The notes beneath the pieces were generated by a model. The model was not told where the DNA came from, made no database searches, and worked only from the letters and a program-made list of their open reading frames with translations. A program made the position numbers and the translations under genes. Below are positions 1-10,972 of a stretch of 64,000 bases of DNA, piece after piece; within the stretch, counting starts at the first letter, position 1; each line of letters starts with the position of its first letter. The DNA is from a virus. The stretch spans positions 6,426 through 70,425 of the IMG/VR virus record IMGVR_UViG_3300047388_000429, one strand, 5' to 3'.

Positions 1-67
1 TAATATATATCCTTTCGGAAAAGGATATAATAGGGTAAAAAATCCTAAGTCAAATACCCATTCGGGC

Positions 68-99
68 AAAAAAACGCCGCCGGTGTATTCGGCGGCGTC
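68..99 (-). terminator. Intrinsic terminator of the leftward terD/gapR operon
   Basis: Minus strand GACGCCGCCG-AATACAC-CGGCGGCGT followed by a T run, just after the stop of ORF 124..402. Confidence 0.75.
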
Positions 100-123
100 C
101 TTCGCTTCGAATAATAGCGAGAA

Positions 124-402
124 TTACTTTTTTAACTTCTTCGGTTTTATTTGAGTTCTCTCCATAGGAACGATGATTTTTTTGTTCTTGAACTGAGCAT
201 TATAAAGCTTTCTCCCTTTGATGGCTAATTTGTAAAGCTTAACCTCAAGACGATGAGCTTTTAGTTGTGCAGATTGAGTCTTCTGATAGGCTCTTTGTGA
301 TTTCTGATATGCTTTATTATTTTTATCATTTGCTCCCTTCAAGAGAAGGGTTTGTTTTTGAAGCTCACGCAGGATTTTTATTTGAGTGTTTAATCGTCTC
401 AT
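124..402 (-). CDS. Hypothetical basic protein
   Basis: 92-aa ORF, last of a co-oriented chain, followed by a terminator. Confidence 0.55.
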   Translation of the reverse strand: MRRLNTQIKILRELQKQTLLLKGANDKNNKAYQKSQRAYQKTQSAQLKAHRLEVKLYKLAIKGRKLYNAQFKNKKIIVPMERTQIKPKKLKK

Positions 403-405
403 TAG

Positions 406-543
406 TTACTTTCCTTTATTCTTGTTTCTAAACTTCCACTTATCGATGAGCCCCCGATACATTGAACCCACGATGAATCCGATTATCAGGCCCACGGCGA
501 GTCCGGCCTCGATAAAGACCCCAACGCTGTATGTCGCGATCAT
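406..543 (-). CDS. Small membrane protein (MIATYSVGVFIEAGLAVGLIIGFIVG...)
   Basis: 45-aa ORF read manually; start overlaps the stop of the upstream ORF; one hydrophobic segment. Confidence 0.5.
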   Translation of the reverse strand: MIATYSVGVFIEAGLAVGLIIGFIVGSMYRGLIDKWKFRNKNKGK

Positions 544-737
544 ACTTCATCTATCCACTTCGAAAGTTGTGGCGCGATGTTTTTTAGCCAATGCGCGGCC
601 GCCTGGTCATCGACGACGATCAGAACAAGACCGATGTAAATGAACGTATGTGGCGGAAAGAAGAAAGCGCCGATGACCATTATCAGCCCCGCCCAGAAAG
701 AAACTTCGAGCAGTTGTTTTTTAAGCCAGTTTTTCAT
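540..737 (-). CDS. Small membrane protein
   Basis: 65-aa ORF with two hydrophobic stretches. Confidence 0.55.
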   Translation of the reverse strand: MKNWLKKQLLEVSFWAGLIMVIGAFFFPPHTFIYIGLVLIVVDDQAAAHWLKNIAPQLSKWIDEV

Positions 738-753
738 GAACCTGTCCCTTGAT

Positions 754-788
754 AAAAAAAAAGGGGTGGGCTCAACCGGCCCACCCCG
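754..788 (-). terminator. Intrinsic terminator after terD
   Basis: GGGGTGGGC-CGGTTGA-GCCCACCCC plus T9 on the minus strand. Confidence 0.75.
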
Positions 789-794
789 ATAGTG

Positions 795-1379
795 TTAGGC
801 TGCTTTCGCGACGTTGCCAGAGAACAGGTTCGCAAATCCCTCAATGGATTTCTTTCCATTGCCGGTCTTGTAGTATTGCGAAACATTCTGGAGAGTCCAA
901 CCAGCAGGAGTGCGGTGCAGTGTTGCTGCATGCAGAACTGTGTCACCGCCAGCAGCGTTGTCAGCCTTGACTTCAAACACTTGCGGGTCGGTTGCCGTCT
1001 GGCCGTTAACGATGCGGAAACGGAAGTTCTTGGCAGTTGCGAGATCTGCGCCGGAGTAAGCGCAAACGCCGATCGCGATGCTGTTAACATCGGCTTCAAC
1101 CTTTGTCAGGTCCATGACGATGCTCTCGTCATCGCCATCACCTTCGCCGGTTCTGTTGTCTTCGCTGAGTGTGATACCTGGCTCGGTCTTGTCATTGAAG
1201 TACACGAGACGTGTTGCGCTCGTCAATTTTCCGTCAACGAGGGCCGCGGCAACGAGATCGAGATCAACCGGTGCTCCGACCATGTCCCAGCCCGCGCCGA
1301 CATAGACTTTGTTAAAAGCGTTACCAGCCTTGTCCTTGATTTCCAGTGACACGCCTTTTTCTACGATTTGGATTTCCAT
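795..1379 (-). CDS. terD: TerD-family stress protein
   Basis: Motifs GAGWD, DLDL, LVYFN, DNRTGEGDGDDE; AAAGGAA RBS. Confidence 0.9.
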   Translation of the reverse strand: MEIQIVEKGVSLEIKDKAGNAFNKVYVGAGWDMVGAPVDLDLVAAALVDGKLTSATRLVYFNDKTEPGITLSEDNRTGEGDGDDESIVMDLTKVEADVNSIAIGVCAYSGADLATAKNFRFRIVNGQTATDPQVFEVKADNAAGGDTVLHAATLHRTPAGWTLQNVSQYYKTGNGKKSIEGFANLFSGNVAKAA

Positions 1380-1554
1380 TTATTAGTTCCTTTCAGTTTG
1401 CGTCCCGTGATCCGCCGGACGCTGCGCGGTAGAAAAAAAGTATATATCCGTCTGTCCCAAGTGTTTTAACTCCTCGCTTCTCGGGACGCCCATCAATGGA
1501 GTATGTCGCGCATGATAGCCCATGCAGGCGGATATAGTGTGGTGCTATGCTCTG

Positions 1555-1866
1555 TTAAAAATCCAATTCCATCTGAATTGCCGAGGCGTAAAGTTCTAAG
1601 AGTTCCCGTTCTTCATGCCGTTTTTCTTTGTTCTGTTTGCGGATCGAGACGAGCTTGCGGATAATCTTGGGTTCGAATCCTGTGCCCTTTGCCTCACTAT
1701 ATACATCGCGGATATCTTCGGCGATCGCAGTCTTTTCTTCCGTGAGATGTTCGATGCGCTCGATAAAGGATTTCAGCAGTGCGCCGGATACCCCGCCACT
1801 GTTATGACCGACACCAGCGGACTCTTCATCCGTTGTTTTAAGCTTTTCTTTTGCCATTTTTAACAT
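1555..1866 (-). CDS. gapR: GapR/DUF2312 nucleoid-associated protein
   Basis: GHNSG...LKSFIERIEHLTEEK...DVYSEAKGTGFEPKIIRKLV signature. Confidence 0.88.
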   Translation of the reverse strand: MLKMAKEKLKTTDEESAGVGHNSGGVSGALLKSFIERIEHLTEEKTAIAEDIRDVYSEAKGTGFEPKIIRKLVSIRKQNKEKRHEERELLELYASAIQMELDF

Positions 1867-2379
1867 CCTTCTCTCTTTGGGCTGTTACGATAGAATCGAG
1901 GAAATAGCTGGCGGAGCGATCTAACTCCTTCGCTTTTTTGGCAAGCCATTCCTGATTATCTGTGGATAAGTTGTAGCCGTTTACTGATTTTTTACTCATT
2001 AAAAACTCCTTTTAGGCACTTTCAGTGATTTTCACTCTGATGTCAAGAGGGGGCGCATAAAAAAATGTTGAAAATAGTTTAAAATACCCTTTGCGGGCGA
2101 TTCCGGTTTCGCCTATTATTGGGTCATCAGGCAATTCCGCCCGATAAAATCAGTCACGGAGAATCAACATGGAATACGAACTTAAAGAAAACGGAAAGGT
2201 GCAGGCCACCGGAACAGCCCAAGAATGCTGGGACGCCCTGCTCGAAATTTATGGGTGCAGCACCACCATCGGCGAGCTTGCGGCACGTAACATTATTATC
2301 GAACCCAAACAATAGGCTCGTGACTGAGGCGGCGGGGGCGGCCAATTCCCCCGCCTGCCAGTCACAGAAAGGAAAAAAC

Positions 2380-2801
2380 ATGAAAACCGCTTTCGCAGTC
2401 ATCCTGACAATCTCGGTGATGCTCAACATAAACACCTATTTCCCCTGCGCGCTCGCCCCACACGCGCAAAACCCTGCCGCAGCATCCGGCATAGAAATGG
2501 CGGCGCAGATGCCTTCCGAAGCGCCGCCCGCGTTTAACAGGCTGTTAAAGAACATGATCAGAGGGGCGCGGTAATGACCGGACATACAGACAGCCCAGCA
2601 ATGACACAAATAGAAGAAGCCTTCACAAGAAAACGCAAAGAAATGTATGGCGAGGCTTGGCAGGCATTCGATTTCTGGGGTGTTCCGGATCGCGAACTAC
2701 CCGAGGAACACCGTCAGGATCTATTGCGCTGGTTGCGCGTGTCCCTGAAATACGAATATGAAGATCATGTCCGGCGCGTCACCTGTTCACGCCGATTTTA
2801 A
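2380..2801 (+). CDS. Two small hypothetical early genes (2380..2574, 2574..2801)
   Basis: Overlapping stop/start; AAGGAA RBS before 2380. Confidence 0.5.
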
Positions 2802-2818
2802 ACAAGAGAGGAAACAAA

Positions 2819-3943
2819 ATGTCCACAGAACTTACCATCATTTCCATCCAAAATCCGTTGCAGGTATTCAGTACCCCGAACGGCCTAGATTCGATCATCG
2901 ATAAGATCGAAGCCGATGCCAAGAGCATCGATCGCGATATAAGCACCGAGGCTGGCCGCGATAACATTCGATCGCTGGCCTTCAAGCTCGCAAAATCAAA
3001 GACCTTCCTAGACAAAATGGGAAAAGACCTCACCGAAGAACAGCGCGCGCAGATCGCGGTCGTGAACGCCGAACGCAAGCGCGCGTGGGAACGCATGGAG
3101 GCCCTGCAGGAAGAGATCAGGAAGCCGCTGACAGAATGGGAGAACAGGGATAAACTGCGAATTCAGGCCCATGAAGATGCACTTCTGAAGATCGTCGACA
3201 ACGCCCTATTCATGCATGGATTGTCCGGAATATTCTATAATCCAGATAGCGGAACCATAAAATATCGGATTAATAAAATTCCAGAACTTATGAACCGCGA
3301 ATGGGAAGAATTTTCGGCGCGCGCAATTCAAAAGGCTGATGAGACGAGATTAAAACTCGATTCCTTGTATGACGATGTTCTTAAAAAAGAAGCGGACGCC
3401 GCAGAACTCGCCCGCCTTCGTGCCGAAGAAGAGGCACGCCAGCGTCGTGAACATGACGAACGAGTGGCCGCCGAGGCCACCCGCGCAGCAGAGGAAAAAG
3501 CCGCTCGCGATGCCGAGATAGAGCGCCAGCGGGTAGAAAAAGAACTGCATGATGCCGCAGATCGCCAGCGCCAGATCGAGGAAAAGGCGTTACGCGATAA
3601 AGCCGATGCAGAGGCCGCTCTTGCCGCCGCCGAAAAGAAAGCCGCAGACGATGCCGCGGCCGCAGCCAAGGCGCTCAAGGACGCCCAAGAGAAGGCGGAG
3701 CGCGACAAGCAGGCCGCGTTGAAAAAACAGCAAGACGATGCCGCGGCCGCTAAGGCCGCCGAAGACGCGGCGACGCGCAAGAGGGAGGCGGATCAGGCGC
3801 ATAAGAAGAAGATCAATAATGAGGCCATGACATGTATTCAGGCCGTAATTGACGAAGCTACTCGGCAGGGAGAAGATCCTGCAAAAATGATCATCATAGC
3901 CATAGCGAAAGGAGTGATAAACCATGTTAAAATTAGCTATTAG
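2819..3943 (+). CDS. Coiled-coil phage protein (common upstream of phage recombination genes)
   Basis: 374 aa, Ala/Glu/Lys-rich heptads, GAGGA RBS. Confidence 0.75.
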   Translation: MSTELTIISIQNPLQVFSTPNGLDSIIDKIEADAKSIDRDISTEAGRDNIRSLAFKLAKSKTFLDKMGKDLTEEQRAQIAVVNAERKRAWERMEALQEEIRKPLTEWENRDKLRIQAHEDALLKIVDNALFMHGLSGIFYNPDSGTIKYRINKIPELMNREWEEFSARAIQKADETRLKLDSLYDDVLKKEADAAELARLRAEEEARQRREHDERVAAEATRAAEEKAARDAEIERQRVEKELHDAADRQRQIEEKALRDKADAEAALAAAEKKAADDAAAAAKALKDAQEKAERDKQAALKKQQDDAAAAKAAEDAATRKREADQAHKKKINNEAMTCIQAVIDEATRQGEDPAKMIIIAIAKGVINHVKISY

Positions 3944-4102
3944 AGAAACGATGAACGACCGTCTCGCGAATAAGCGCGACTTCGTGGTCATCAGCAGCCA
4001 GCCTGGTTTTTGGGAACGATTCTACAAGATGACACCCGAGATCAGAAAAAGTGCGGCGCAAAAGTGGAACGACTTGGTAAATCAAAAAGAAGGATTAAGA
4101 AT

Positions 4103-5002
4103 ATGATAACATCTGCAGGAATTTACGATATTCCTTTTTCGCAATATCTCGGAAAGGCACTGACCCCGACGCCGCCACTTTCGGCGTCGACGATCAAAGC
4201 GATGCTCGATAAATCACCATGGCACGCCGCCTGTGCCCACCCCGACATCGGGGGGATCGATAAGGAAGATGAGGAAACGACTGTTTCCGGCATCGGAACC
4301 GTCGCCCATGCGCTGATCCTCAAGCAGGCCGACAAGCGGATAGCCGTAAGCCCATATCCTGAATTCAGGACCAACGAAGCCAAGGCATGGCGGGATAGCA
4401 ATCTTGCGGCCGGAAAGGTGGTCGTCAAGGAGGAAAACTTTCAGGCGGCCGTCCGCATGGCCGCCGCCTTCGAGCCGCAGATGTCGGAATTCGCCAAAGA
4501 GCTCGGAGAAGAGTTCACGACCGATCAGGTTGAAAAAACGGTGGTCGTTCAGATCAATGGCGTCTGGTGCAAGATCAGGATCGATGCGATCTGCAAGAGT
4601 CTCTGGGATATCAAGTCCACGGGTGCCGATTATACACCAGCCAAATGGATAAAAAACCAACTCTACGGCCTCGGCATGGACATCAGTGTCGCCTTTTACA
4701 AAAGGGTCTGGAAAGCGCTGGCGCAGGAGGACAAGCGGTTTATCTTGGCGGTCATCGAGCAAAGCGAGCCCCACGACGCATATCCGGTTATCCTCGGTGA
4801 AATTGGCCTCGACTTGGCGAACGAGAAAATAGACTGGGCCTTCGATACCTGGAAACGCGGGATCGAGACCGGCAAATGGGATGGCTATTCCCGCGGCCGC
4901 GTGATCTACGCATATCCGCCCGCGTGGGAACTCACGCAATGGGAAGAATTTAAAGAGCATGAAAAACAGCGTGCAGAAACACTGCAGCGGGAAGCGGCAT
5001 AA
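4103..5002 (+). CDS. RecE/exonuclease VIII-like PD-(D/E)XK nuclease
   Basis: LSAS, GTVAHALIL, KIRID, WDIKST motifs; ATG at 4103. Confidence 0.8.
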   Translation: MITSAGIYDIPFSQYLGKALTPTPPLSASTIKAMLDKSPWHAACAHPDIGGIDKEDEETTVSGIGTVAHALILKQADKRIAVSPYPEFRTNEAKAWRDSNLAAGKVVVKEENFQAAVRMAAAFEPQMSEFAKELGEEFTTDQVEKTVVVQINGVWCKIRIDAICKSLWDIKSTGADYTPAKWIKNQLYGLGMDISVAFYKRVWKALAQEDKRFILAVIEQSEPHDAYPVILGEIGLDLANEKIDWAFDTWKRGIETGKWDGYSRGRVIYAYPPAWELTQWEEFKEHEKQRAETLQREAA

Positions 5003-5004
5003 AA

Positions 5005-5604
5005 ATGACTACGAATGTGCCCACGGAAGCGCAGTTTCTTAAGGATGTTAGGGATCACAAGATGATCGTTGTCCTAGACAATGGCCTTCACCGGCATCTA
5101 CGATTCCGCGCCGATAAAAATTCCTTTAACCAATGGTTTGAAATCGTGACGTGGGATCAATGCCTGACCGTACACGGCGACATGGGAACCTATGTATTTT
5201 CTCGCGTCGAAGATATGCTCACGTTCTTTCGCGGCAAGAAAATCAACCCCGATTATTGGGCTGAAAAGATACAGTCGGACAGCAAGTTCGGGAACGGATC
5301 AAGGACGTTCAGTATCGATACCTACCGCAAAGATGTTCACTCCCACCTTGAAGGGTATGCCCTCAACAAGAAGAAGTTAAAGTCCATCAAGGAGGCACTG
5401 GAATCCGATGTTTTCTCTCTCGAATTTGAGACGGAACTTCGTAACGCCCTGTATGACTTTGAACATGAAGGATTCCGATTCGAGGAATCCGGTATGATCT
5501 CCGGCATGGATTGGACTTACCATTATATTTGGTGCCTCTACGCCATCGTCTGGGCGATCGAACAATACGACGCTTTTAAAACCCCAAAAGAGAAAGCAGC
5601 ATAA
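5005..5604 (+). CDS. Conserved hypothetical phage protein
   Basis: 199-aa ORF coupled to its neighbours. Confidence 0.7.
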   Translation: MTTNVPTEAQFLKDVRDHKMIVVLDNGLHRHLRFRADKNSFNQWFEIVTWDQCLTVHGDMGTYVFSRVEDMLTFFRGKKINPDYWAEKIQSDSKFGNGSRTFSIDTYRKDVHSHLEGYALNKKKLKSIKEALESDVFSLEFETELRNALYDFEHEGFRFEESGMISGMDWTYHYIWCLYAIVWAIEQYDAFKTPKEKAA

Positions 5605-6581
5605 TGTCATTCAGCTATAGCCCCAACGACTTCAAAGAAGCCACGCCGATCAACACCTACGTCAAAATGGCGCTCGCCGGTCCGCCGAACTCCGGCAAGA
5701 CCGTGTCGGCGCTCAGACTGGCCGCAGGATTTGGCGGTGAAACCGCAGTGATCGACACCCAGAACAAGCGGGCGATGCGATATGCCAACGCCTTCAAATT
5801 CAGGCACTTCGATTTGCAGCCCCCGTTCTCGGGAGAGCACTTCGGGGCGGCGATCAATGCGGCGGCCAAGGCGGGCTTTAATAACATCATCGTCGACGCC
5901 ATGAGCGACGAACATGAAGGCCCTGGCGGCCTCTTGGATTATTCGCATCAATTTCAGGAACGCAAAACCGCCGATATTGAAGATGGTCCGAAACGCGACA
6001 AGGCCAAAGAAAAATATCTTATGTCCTCGTTGATCGTCCCCAAGATGCAACGCACGAATTTAATTCAATTCGGGATCAGCCGTTTGGACGTCAATTTCAT
6101 CCTCTGCTTCCGCGCGAAGCCGAAGATTAAGATGGTCAAGGAAAAATGGGAAAACGCGTCGACCGGAAAATCTGGGGAGAAAAACGTCCCGACCGATCAG
6201 GGCATTCAACCGATTGGTGGAAACGAATTCTGGGGTGAAATGAACATCGTGGCGATCATGGACGAGGGTTCCAAAGGGGCTCCGGACTGGGAAGAACAGG
6301 CCTGCCGGATCAATGAATTTCCGCCCGCAGAACTCACGGCGTATCTTCACAGCGTAAAACAATTCGATGAAGAGTGCGGCCGGAGATTAGTTGAATTCAA
6401 CACGCCGGTACGGTTCATCTTGAAGACCAAGAGCGCCGAGAAGGCCTATCCGACGATGGACCGCTGGCGCGCGGCCGCCGCGGCATTGGTCTCCAAGATC
6501 ACGCCGGAACAAAAAGCGGAACTTATAAGCCTCAATCCGACATACATCGCGGAGTTCGAAAAGATGGAGGTTAAGTTATGA
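5604..6581 (+). CDS. AAA/RecA-fold ATPase (Sak4-like annealing protein)
   Basis: Walker A GPPNSGKT, VIDT, IIVD; near the exonuclease gene. Confidence 0.75.
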   Translation: MSFSYSPNDFKEATPINTYVKMALAGPPNSGKTVSALRLAAGFGGETAVIDTQNKRAMRYANAFKFRHFDLQPPFSGEHFGAAINAAAKAGFNNIIVDAMSDEHEGPGGLLDYSHQFQERKTADIEDGPKRDKAKEKYLMSSLIVPKMQRTNLIQFGISRLDVNFILCFRAKPKIKMVKEKWENASTGKSGEKNVPTDQGIQPIGGNEFWGEMNIVAIMDEGSKGAPDWEEQACRINEFPPAELTAYLHSVKQFDEECGRRLVEFNTPVRFILKTKSAEKAYPTMDRWRAAAAALVSKITPEQKAELISLNPTYIAEFEKMEVKL

Positions 6582-6760
6582 TCGACGTCGACAACTGGCA
6601 TTGGCCCCAATGGGGATGGGTGATCGGGGATTTTACAGTCCTTGTACTCTACGCCTTTGTCCACGGCAGAAAAATCAAGGAAAGATATAATTTCTTTGGG
6701 CGACTCGCGACCGTTGGAATGAATATTTATATTCTTGTACAGGGAGGATTTTTTAAATGA
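6578..6760 (+). CDS. Small membrane protein
   Basis: ATGA overlaps at both ends. Confidence 0.55.
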   Translation: MIDVDNWHWPQWGWVIGDFTVLVLYAFVHGRKIKERYNFFGRLATVGMNIYILVQGGFFK

Positions 6761-7968
6761 AGTATATCCATGAAGGCACGAAACACCCGATAAAGGCTTG
6801 GGTCGATCACGTTCCGATCGAGGACGTGGCATTGCAGCAGCTTAAGAACATCGCTGATCTCCCCTTCATTTACAAACACGTCGCGGTGATGCCGGACGTC
6901 CACTGGGGCATGGGAGCCACGGTCGGGAGCGTTATCGCCACGAAGGGCGCGATCTGTCCAGCCGCCGTCGGGGTGGATATCGGTTGCGGGATGATGGCCG
7001 TTAAGACGACGCTCACGGCTTCGCAGTTGCCGGAGAACCTGCAGGCGATCCGAAGCGAGATCGAGAAGGCGGTCCCGCACGGGAGGACCAACAACGGGGG
7101 AACCGGTGATCGCGGGGCCTGGCATGATATTCCGGATGAAGCAGCTGAAATCTGGGCGAATCAATTCGCTGATCGCTATGACCAGATCGTTGAAGGCCAC
7201 CAGAAGGCCCGCGCATATAATTCAGTCAATCATCTGGGTACCCTCGGAAGCGGCAATCACTTCATAGAATTATGCTTGGATACCGAACAGAACGTGTGGA
7301 TCATGCTTCACAGCGGCAGCCGCGGGCTCGGGAACAAGATCGGCATGTATTTCATCGAGCGCGCGCAGAATGAATGTGAGAAGTATTTTATCAACCTGCC
7401 GGATAAGGATCTGGCTTATCTTGTCGACGACACTCCGCTGTTCAGAGACTATGTTCTGGCCGTCGAAATGGCGCAGGAATTCGCGTATGCCAATCGTGGC
7501 CTGATGATGAAGAACGTGCTGGCGGCGATCCGCAAGCACATTCCGAACCTCAGGGTCACCGATATGGCGGTCAACTGTCACCACAACTATATTGCAAGGG
7601 AGGCCCATTTTGGACAAAACGTCATCGTCACCAGAAAGGGAGCTGTACGAGCGCGTGCGACAGACCTTGGAATCATTCCAGGCTCCATGGGGGCTAAGTC
7701 CTTCATCGTCCGCGGAAAGGGAAATGTTGATTCGTTCTGTTCATGCAGCCATGGTGCCGGTCGCGTGATGTCCCGCGGGCAGGCAAAGAAGCTGATTAGC
7801 ATGGAGGACCATATTCGCGATACCGCTGGCGTCGAATGTCGGAAGGACGCTGATGTCATCGACGAGAGCCCGAAGGCTTATAAGGATATTGAAAAAGTAA
7901 TGCTTTCGCAGGCTGATTTGGTTGAAATAGTATATGAACTCAAGCAGATCCTTTGCATTAAGGGGTAA
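6757..7968 (+). CDS. rtcB: RtcB RNA ligase
   Basis: MPDVH, VGVDIGCG, GTLGSGNHFIE, HSGSRG, HHNY, RKGA, PGSMG, SHGAGR motifs. Confidence 0.96.
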   Translation: MKYIHEGTKHPIKAWVDHVPIEDVALQQLKNIADLPFIYKHVAVMPDVHWGMGATVGSVIATKGAICPAAVGVDIGCGMMAVKTTLTASQLPENLQAIRSEIEKAVPHGRTNNGGTGDRGAWHDIPDEAAEIWANQFADRYDQIVEGHQKARAYNSVNHLGTLGSGNHFIELCLDTEQNVWIMLHSGSRGLGNKIGMYFIERAQNECEKYFINLPDKDLAYLVDDTPLFRDYVLAVEMAQEFAYANRGLMMKNVLAAIRKHIPNLRVTDMAVNCHHNYIAREAHFGQNVIVTRKGAVRARATDLGIIPGSMGAKSFIVRGKGNVDSFCSCSHGAGRVMSRGQAKKLISMEDHIRDTAGVECRKDADVIDESPKAYKDIEKVMLSQADLVEIVYELKQILCIKG

Positions 7969-7970
7969 TA

Positions 7971-8498
7971 ATGACCAAGACATTAAATCTATCTGGCAAA
8001 AAATTCGGAAAGTTATCTGTTATAAAGAGGGATAAAAACTATACTTATAATGACGATAAAGGAAAACTTCGTGTGGCGTTTTCCCAATGGAAATGCAAAT
8101 GCGAATGCGGGAAAATTGTAACCGTTGTCGGGAGAAGTCTTGTTGCAGGAAGAACAAAAAGCTGCGGATGTCTCAGATTTGAAACAAAATATCCAGAGGG
8201 AAAATCTTTTAATAAATTATTCCAAAGCTATAAAGGTAATGCAAAAAGACGCTCTATTCCTTTTAAGTTAACAGATAGAGAGTTTTCTAAGTTGGTCTTA
8301 TCACCATGTTTCTATACAGGATTATTACCGACAAAAAAATATAACGGTATAGACAGAAAAAATCCTAAACTCGGATACACGGTAAAAAATTGTGTCCCAT
8401 GCTGCTATAAGATCAACAGAGCTAAATCTGATATGCCAATTAAAGAATTTCTATCACTGATTGGTTTAGTGTCAAGACATCTACCAGTGAAAGGATAA
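7971..8498 (+). CDS. HNH-type homing endonuclease
   Basis: WKCKCECG...SCGC N-terminus; GIDRKN..GY..NCVPCC..NRAK; AT-rich. Confidence 0.8.
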   Translation: MTKTLNLSGKKFGKLSVIKRDKNYTYNDDKGKLRVAFSQWKCKCECGKIVTVVGRSLVAGRTKSCGCLRFETKYPEGKSFNKLFQSYKGNAKRRSIPFKLTDREFSKLVLSPCFYTGLLPTKKYNGIDRKNPKLGYTVKNCVPCCYKINRAKSDMPIKEFLSLIGLVSRHLPVKG

Positions 8499-8501
8499 AC
8501 G

Positions 8502-10689
8502 ATGGACGAACCAACGATCGTCGTAAATGGCACTACACTGTCCGTCGGCGAGGCGATGACCATGAGAGTCGCCTTAGCATCCTTCGCATCGGACCTAGCA
8601 CTGAAAGGCCTCGGTGATGATTACCATGGGCGAACGATGACAGACGCCTATATGAACAACATCAAGAAAATAAACGGGTACATGAAAAAATGACTAACAA
8701 AGCCGATAATGCGCTGAGCGACACCCTCCGCACCTACATAACCTCCACCGCAGGGCAGGGCGATGAAATAGAAGGTCTTAGAAACACGCTGAAAATCATA
8801 CAGCATGAAGGACAAAACCCATCGTCATGGCTTGCAGAACAAGCCCTCCAACTTCACCCCCCGCAGCCAGACAAATACAAGGAGGCAACATGAAAAAATT
8901 CATAGCATGGGTTGTAAAATGGCCTGATAACAAAATTTCGCGCACATATCATACAAAAGCCGAAGCAGTGGAAAGCGCATGTCGATTTTTCGAAGCCGGA
9001 CAAAAGGTAGTCAAGGTAGAAATTCGCGAGATCAAGAAGAGGAAAAAGAAATGAAAATCACCGAGGAAATGAAAAACGCTGCTTTAGATGAGTTAGAGAC
9101 ATCAATGGGGAGATGCTCTGTCATGTCTACGAAGGCGGTCTCTACAATCCGCGCCATCTTGCAGCCATCCCAGCAGCCTATTGCTATTGATTGGGACGGC
9201 CTGCACGCATTTAGAAAATATGTATTTAAGCGCGACACAAAAGTGGCCTCATTCCTTGAAAAATGGTTATACGATAATGAGACGCGTCCTGCTGGCGATA
9301 GCAAGCCATCCCCGCAGCCCGACCCCCATTGCAACATACACCACCAAGATTTATTCCGCAGAGGCTCTGCGCCGATACAATGGGTGTGCATGGACTGCGA
9401 GAAAGAGGCATATCATTATTTACAAGGACAGAAGCAGCCCGACACCGTGACAATATCGAGGGAGAAATGGCAAGAACTGGCTGATTTTCACTTTAATGAC
9501 ATTGATCTGCCAGAAAAGACACAGCTTTATTTAACCGGAATATCTGCGCTGGCTCTTGGTCTTATGCAGGAAACAAATGCCACAACGTTTACGGCTTCCG
9601 CAGAACTTCCGCACAAGGCAAGTGGCAAGCGATACAAGGCGGAGTTTAAATTATCCCTCCTCAACGCCGAAGGGAAGGTGTGAGGTGAGTGATGTTACAA
9701 AACGCCACTATGTTATTGTCGATAAGCAAGGAAACAAAATGATCTACGACCACGAGCTTTCTGTTTCAGAAATTGCGGAAGTGTTCAAAAAATTGGGTGA
9801 GGTAAGGGGCGCACGTTTGTATGTTTATCAACTGCAAAAAGTATATGGAGAGATATTAGAATGACGACACCCCCCGACAAGATCAGTAAGGCGATTACCA
9901 CATTAAGAAATACATTGTGGTTAGTAAGCGGACATGTATCGGGTAAAACGGATGAGAACGCACTTGAAGCACTCGAAACCCTCATCCAAGCCGCCGAACA
10001 AAACATCAGGCTCCACGCGCTGTTAAATGAATCCATCCTTATGAACGTTGAGCGCAGAAAAGAAATTGAAGCCCTCGGCAGGAACGAGGTTGTGGAGGTG
10101 ACGGTGGAGCAAGCGATTGATGAATGCCAGCTGTGGGCATTATGCGACAATATTATATCTCGCGAAATATTAAGGAAGATTGCCAAAAAATACGCAGGCA
10201 GGGCGATCAGGATCGTGGAGAAAAAATGAAAACCTACAACGTTACAGTAAAAGCCGCAATAAAAAGAAATTTTTTAGTTACGGCTAAAAACAAAAAAGAA
10301 GCTATTGAGGCCGCAAAGAAGACCGAGTTTTCTGATCACACCGATCTTTTAAAATATCATTGGGCAACAGCGAAAGTCAGCTTAGATGGAGGGTAGTCAT
10401 GACACTGGCAAAAGCGATTGAAGCGGTGAGGGAGCATTGTTGCGAAACCAAAGCGGCTCTTGACTACGCAGGATACACCAAAGATTACACTGGAGGTTCT
10501 TTAAAAGACGCCGTTCATCATATTGAACAAGCCCTCGCCGTGCTGCCGGAGCCGAAGACGGAGGAGGAGATAAAGAAAATTATCCACAACACTGTGGTCT
10601 CATCCATACGTGCCTTCGGTAAGTGGGAAGCTGCGGACATTGTTCGTGCTCTCCGTAACGCCAACGTGCTTTTTGTCAAGGAGGTGTGA
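8502..10689 (+). other. Cluster of small hypothetical early genes (8502..8693, 8690..8893, 8890..9054, 9051..9683, ~9686..9864, 9861..10229, 10226..10396, 10399..10689)
   Basis: Tightly coupled ORFs with ATGA overlaps and GGAG-type RBSs. Confidence 0.6.
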
Positions 10690-10972
10690 ACCATGCAAGT
10701 GATTTTATACGTTCTCGGAATACTGGTGGTGATCCAGGCATTTATTATTCAAGATCGTCAAACGATAATTTTTAGACTTGAGAAGCGTAATGCCGATCTC
10801 CTTAAACAAATCGAAACTTTAAAGAAGAAAAAATAATGCCCACAATAACAGAAGCACTTATCATCGCCGCCATCCAGACCCTCATAGTCGTCGCCGTCAT
10901 CTACGGGATCGTCGAGGGCATGCATAGCCTGATGAACTCCGGCCATGTCTTGTCGAACATCGTTCAGGCAAA

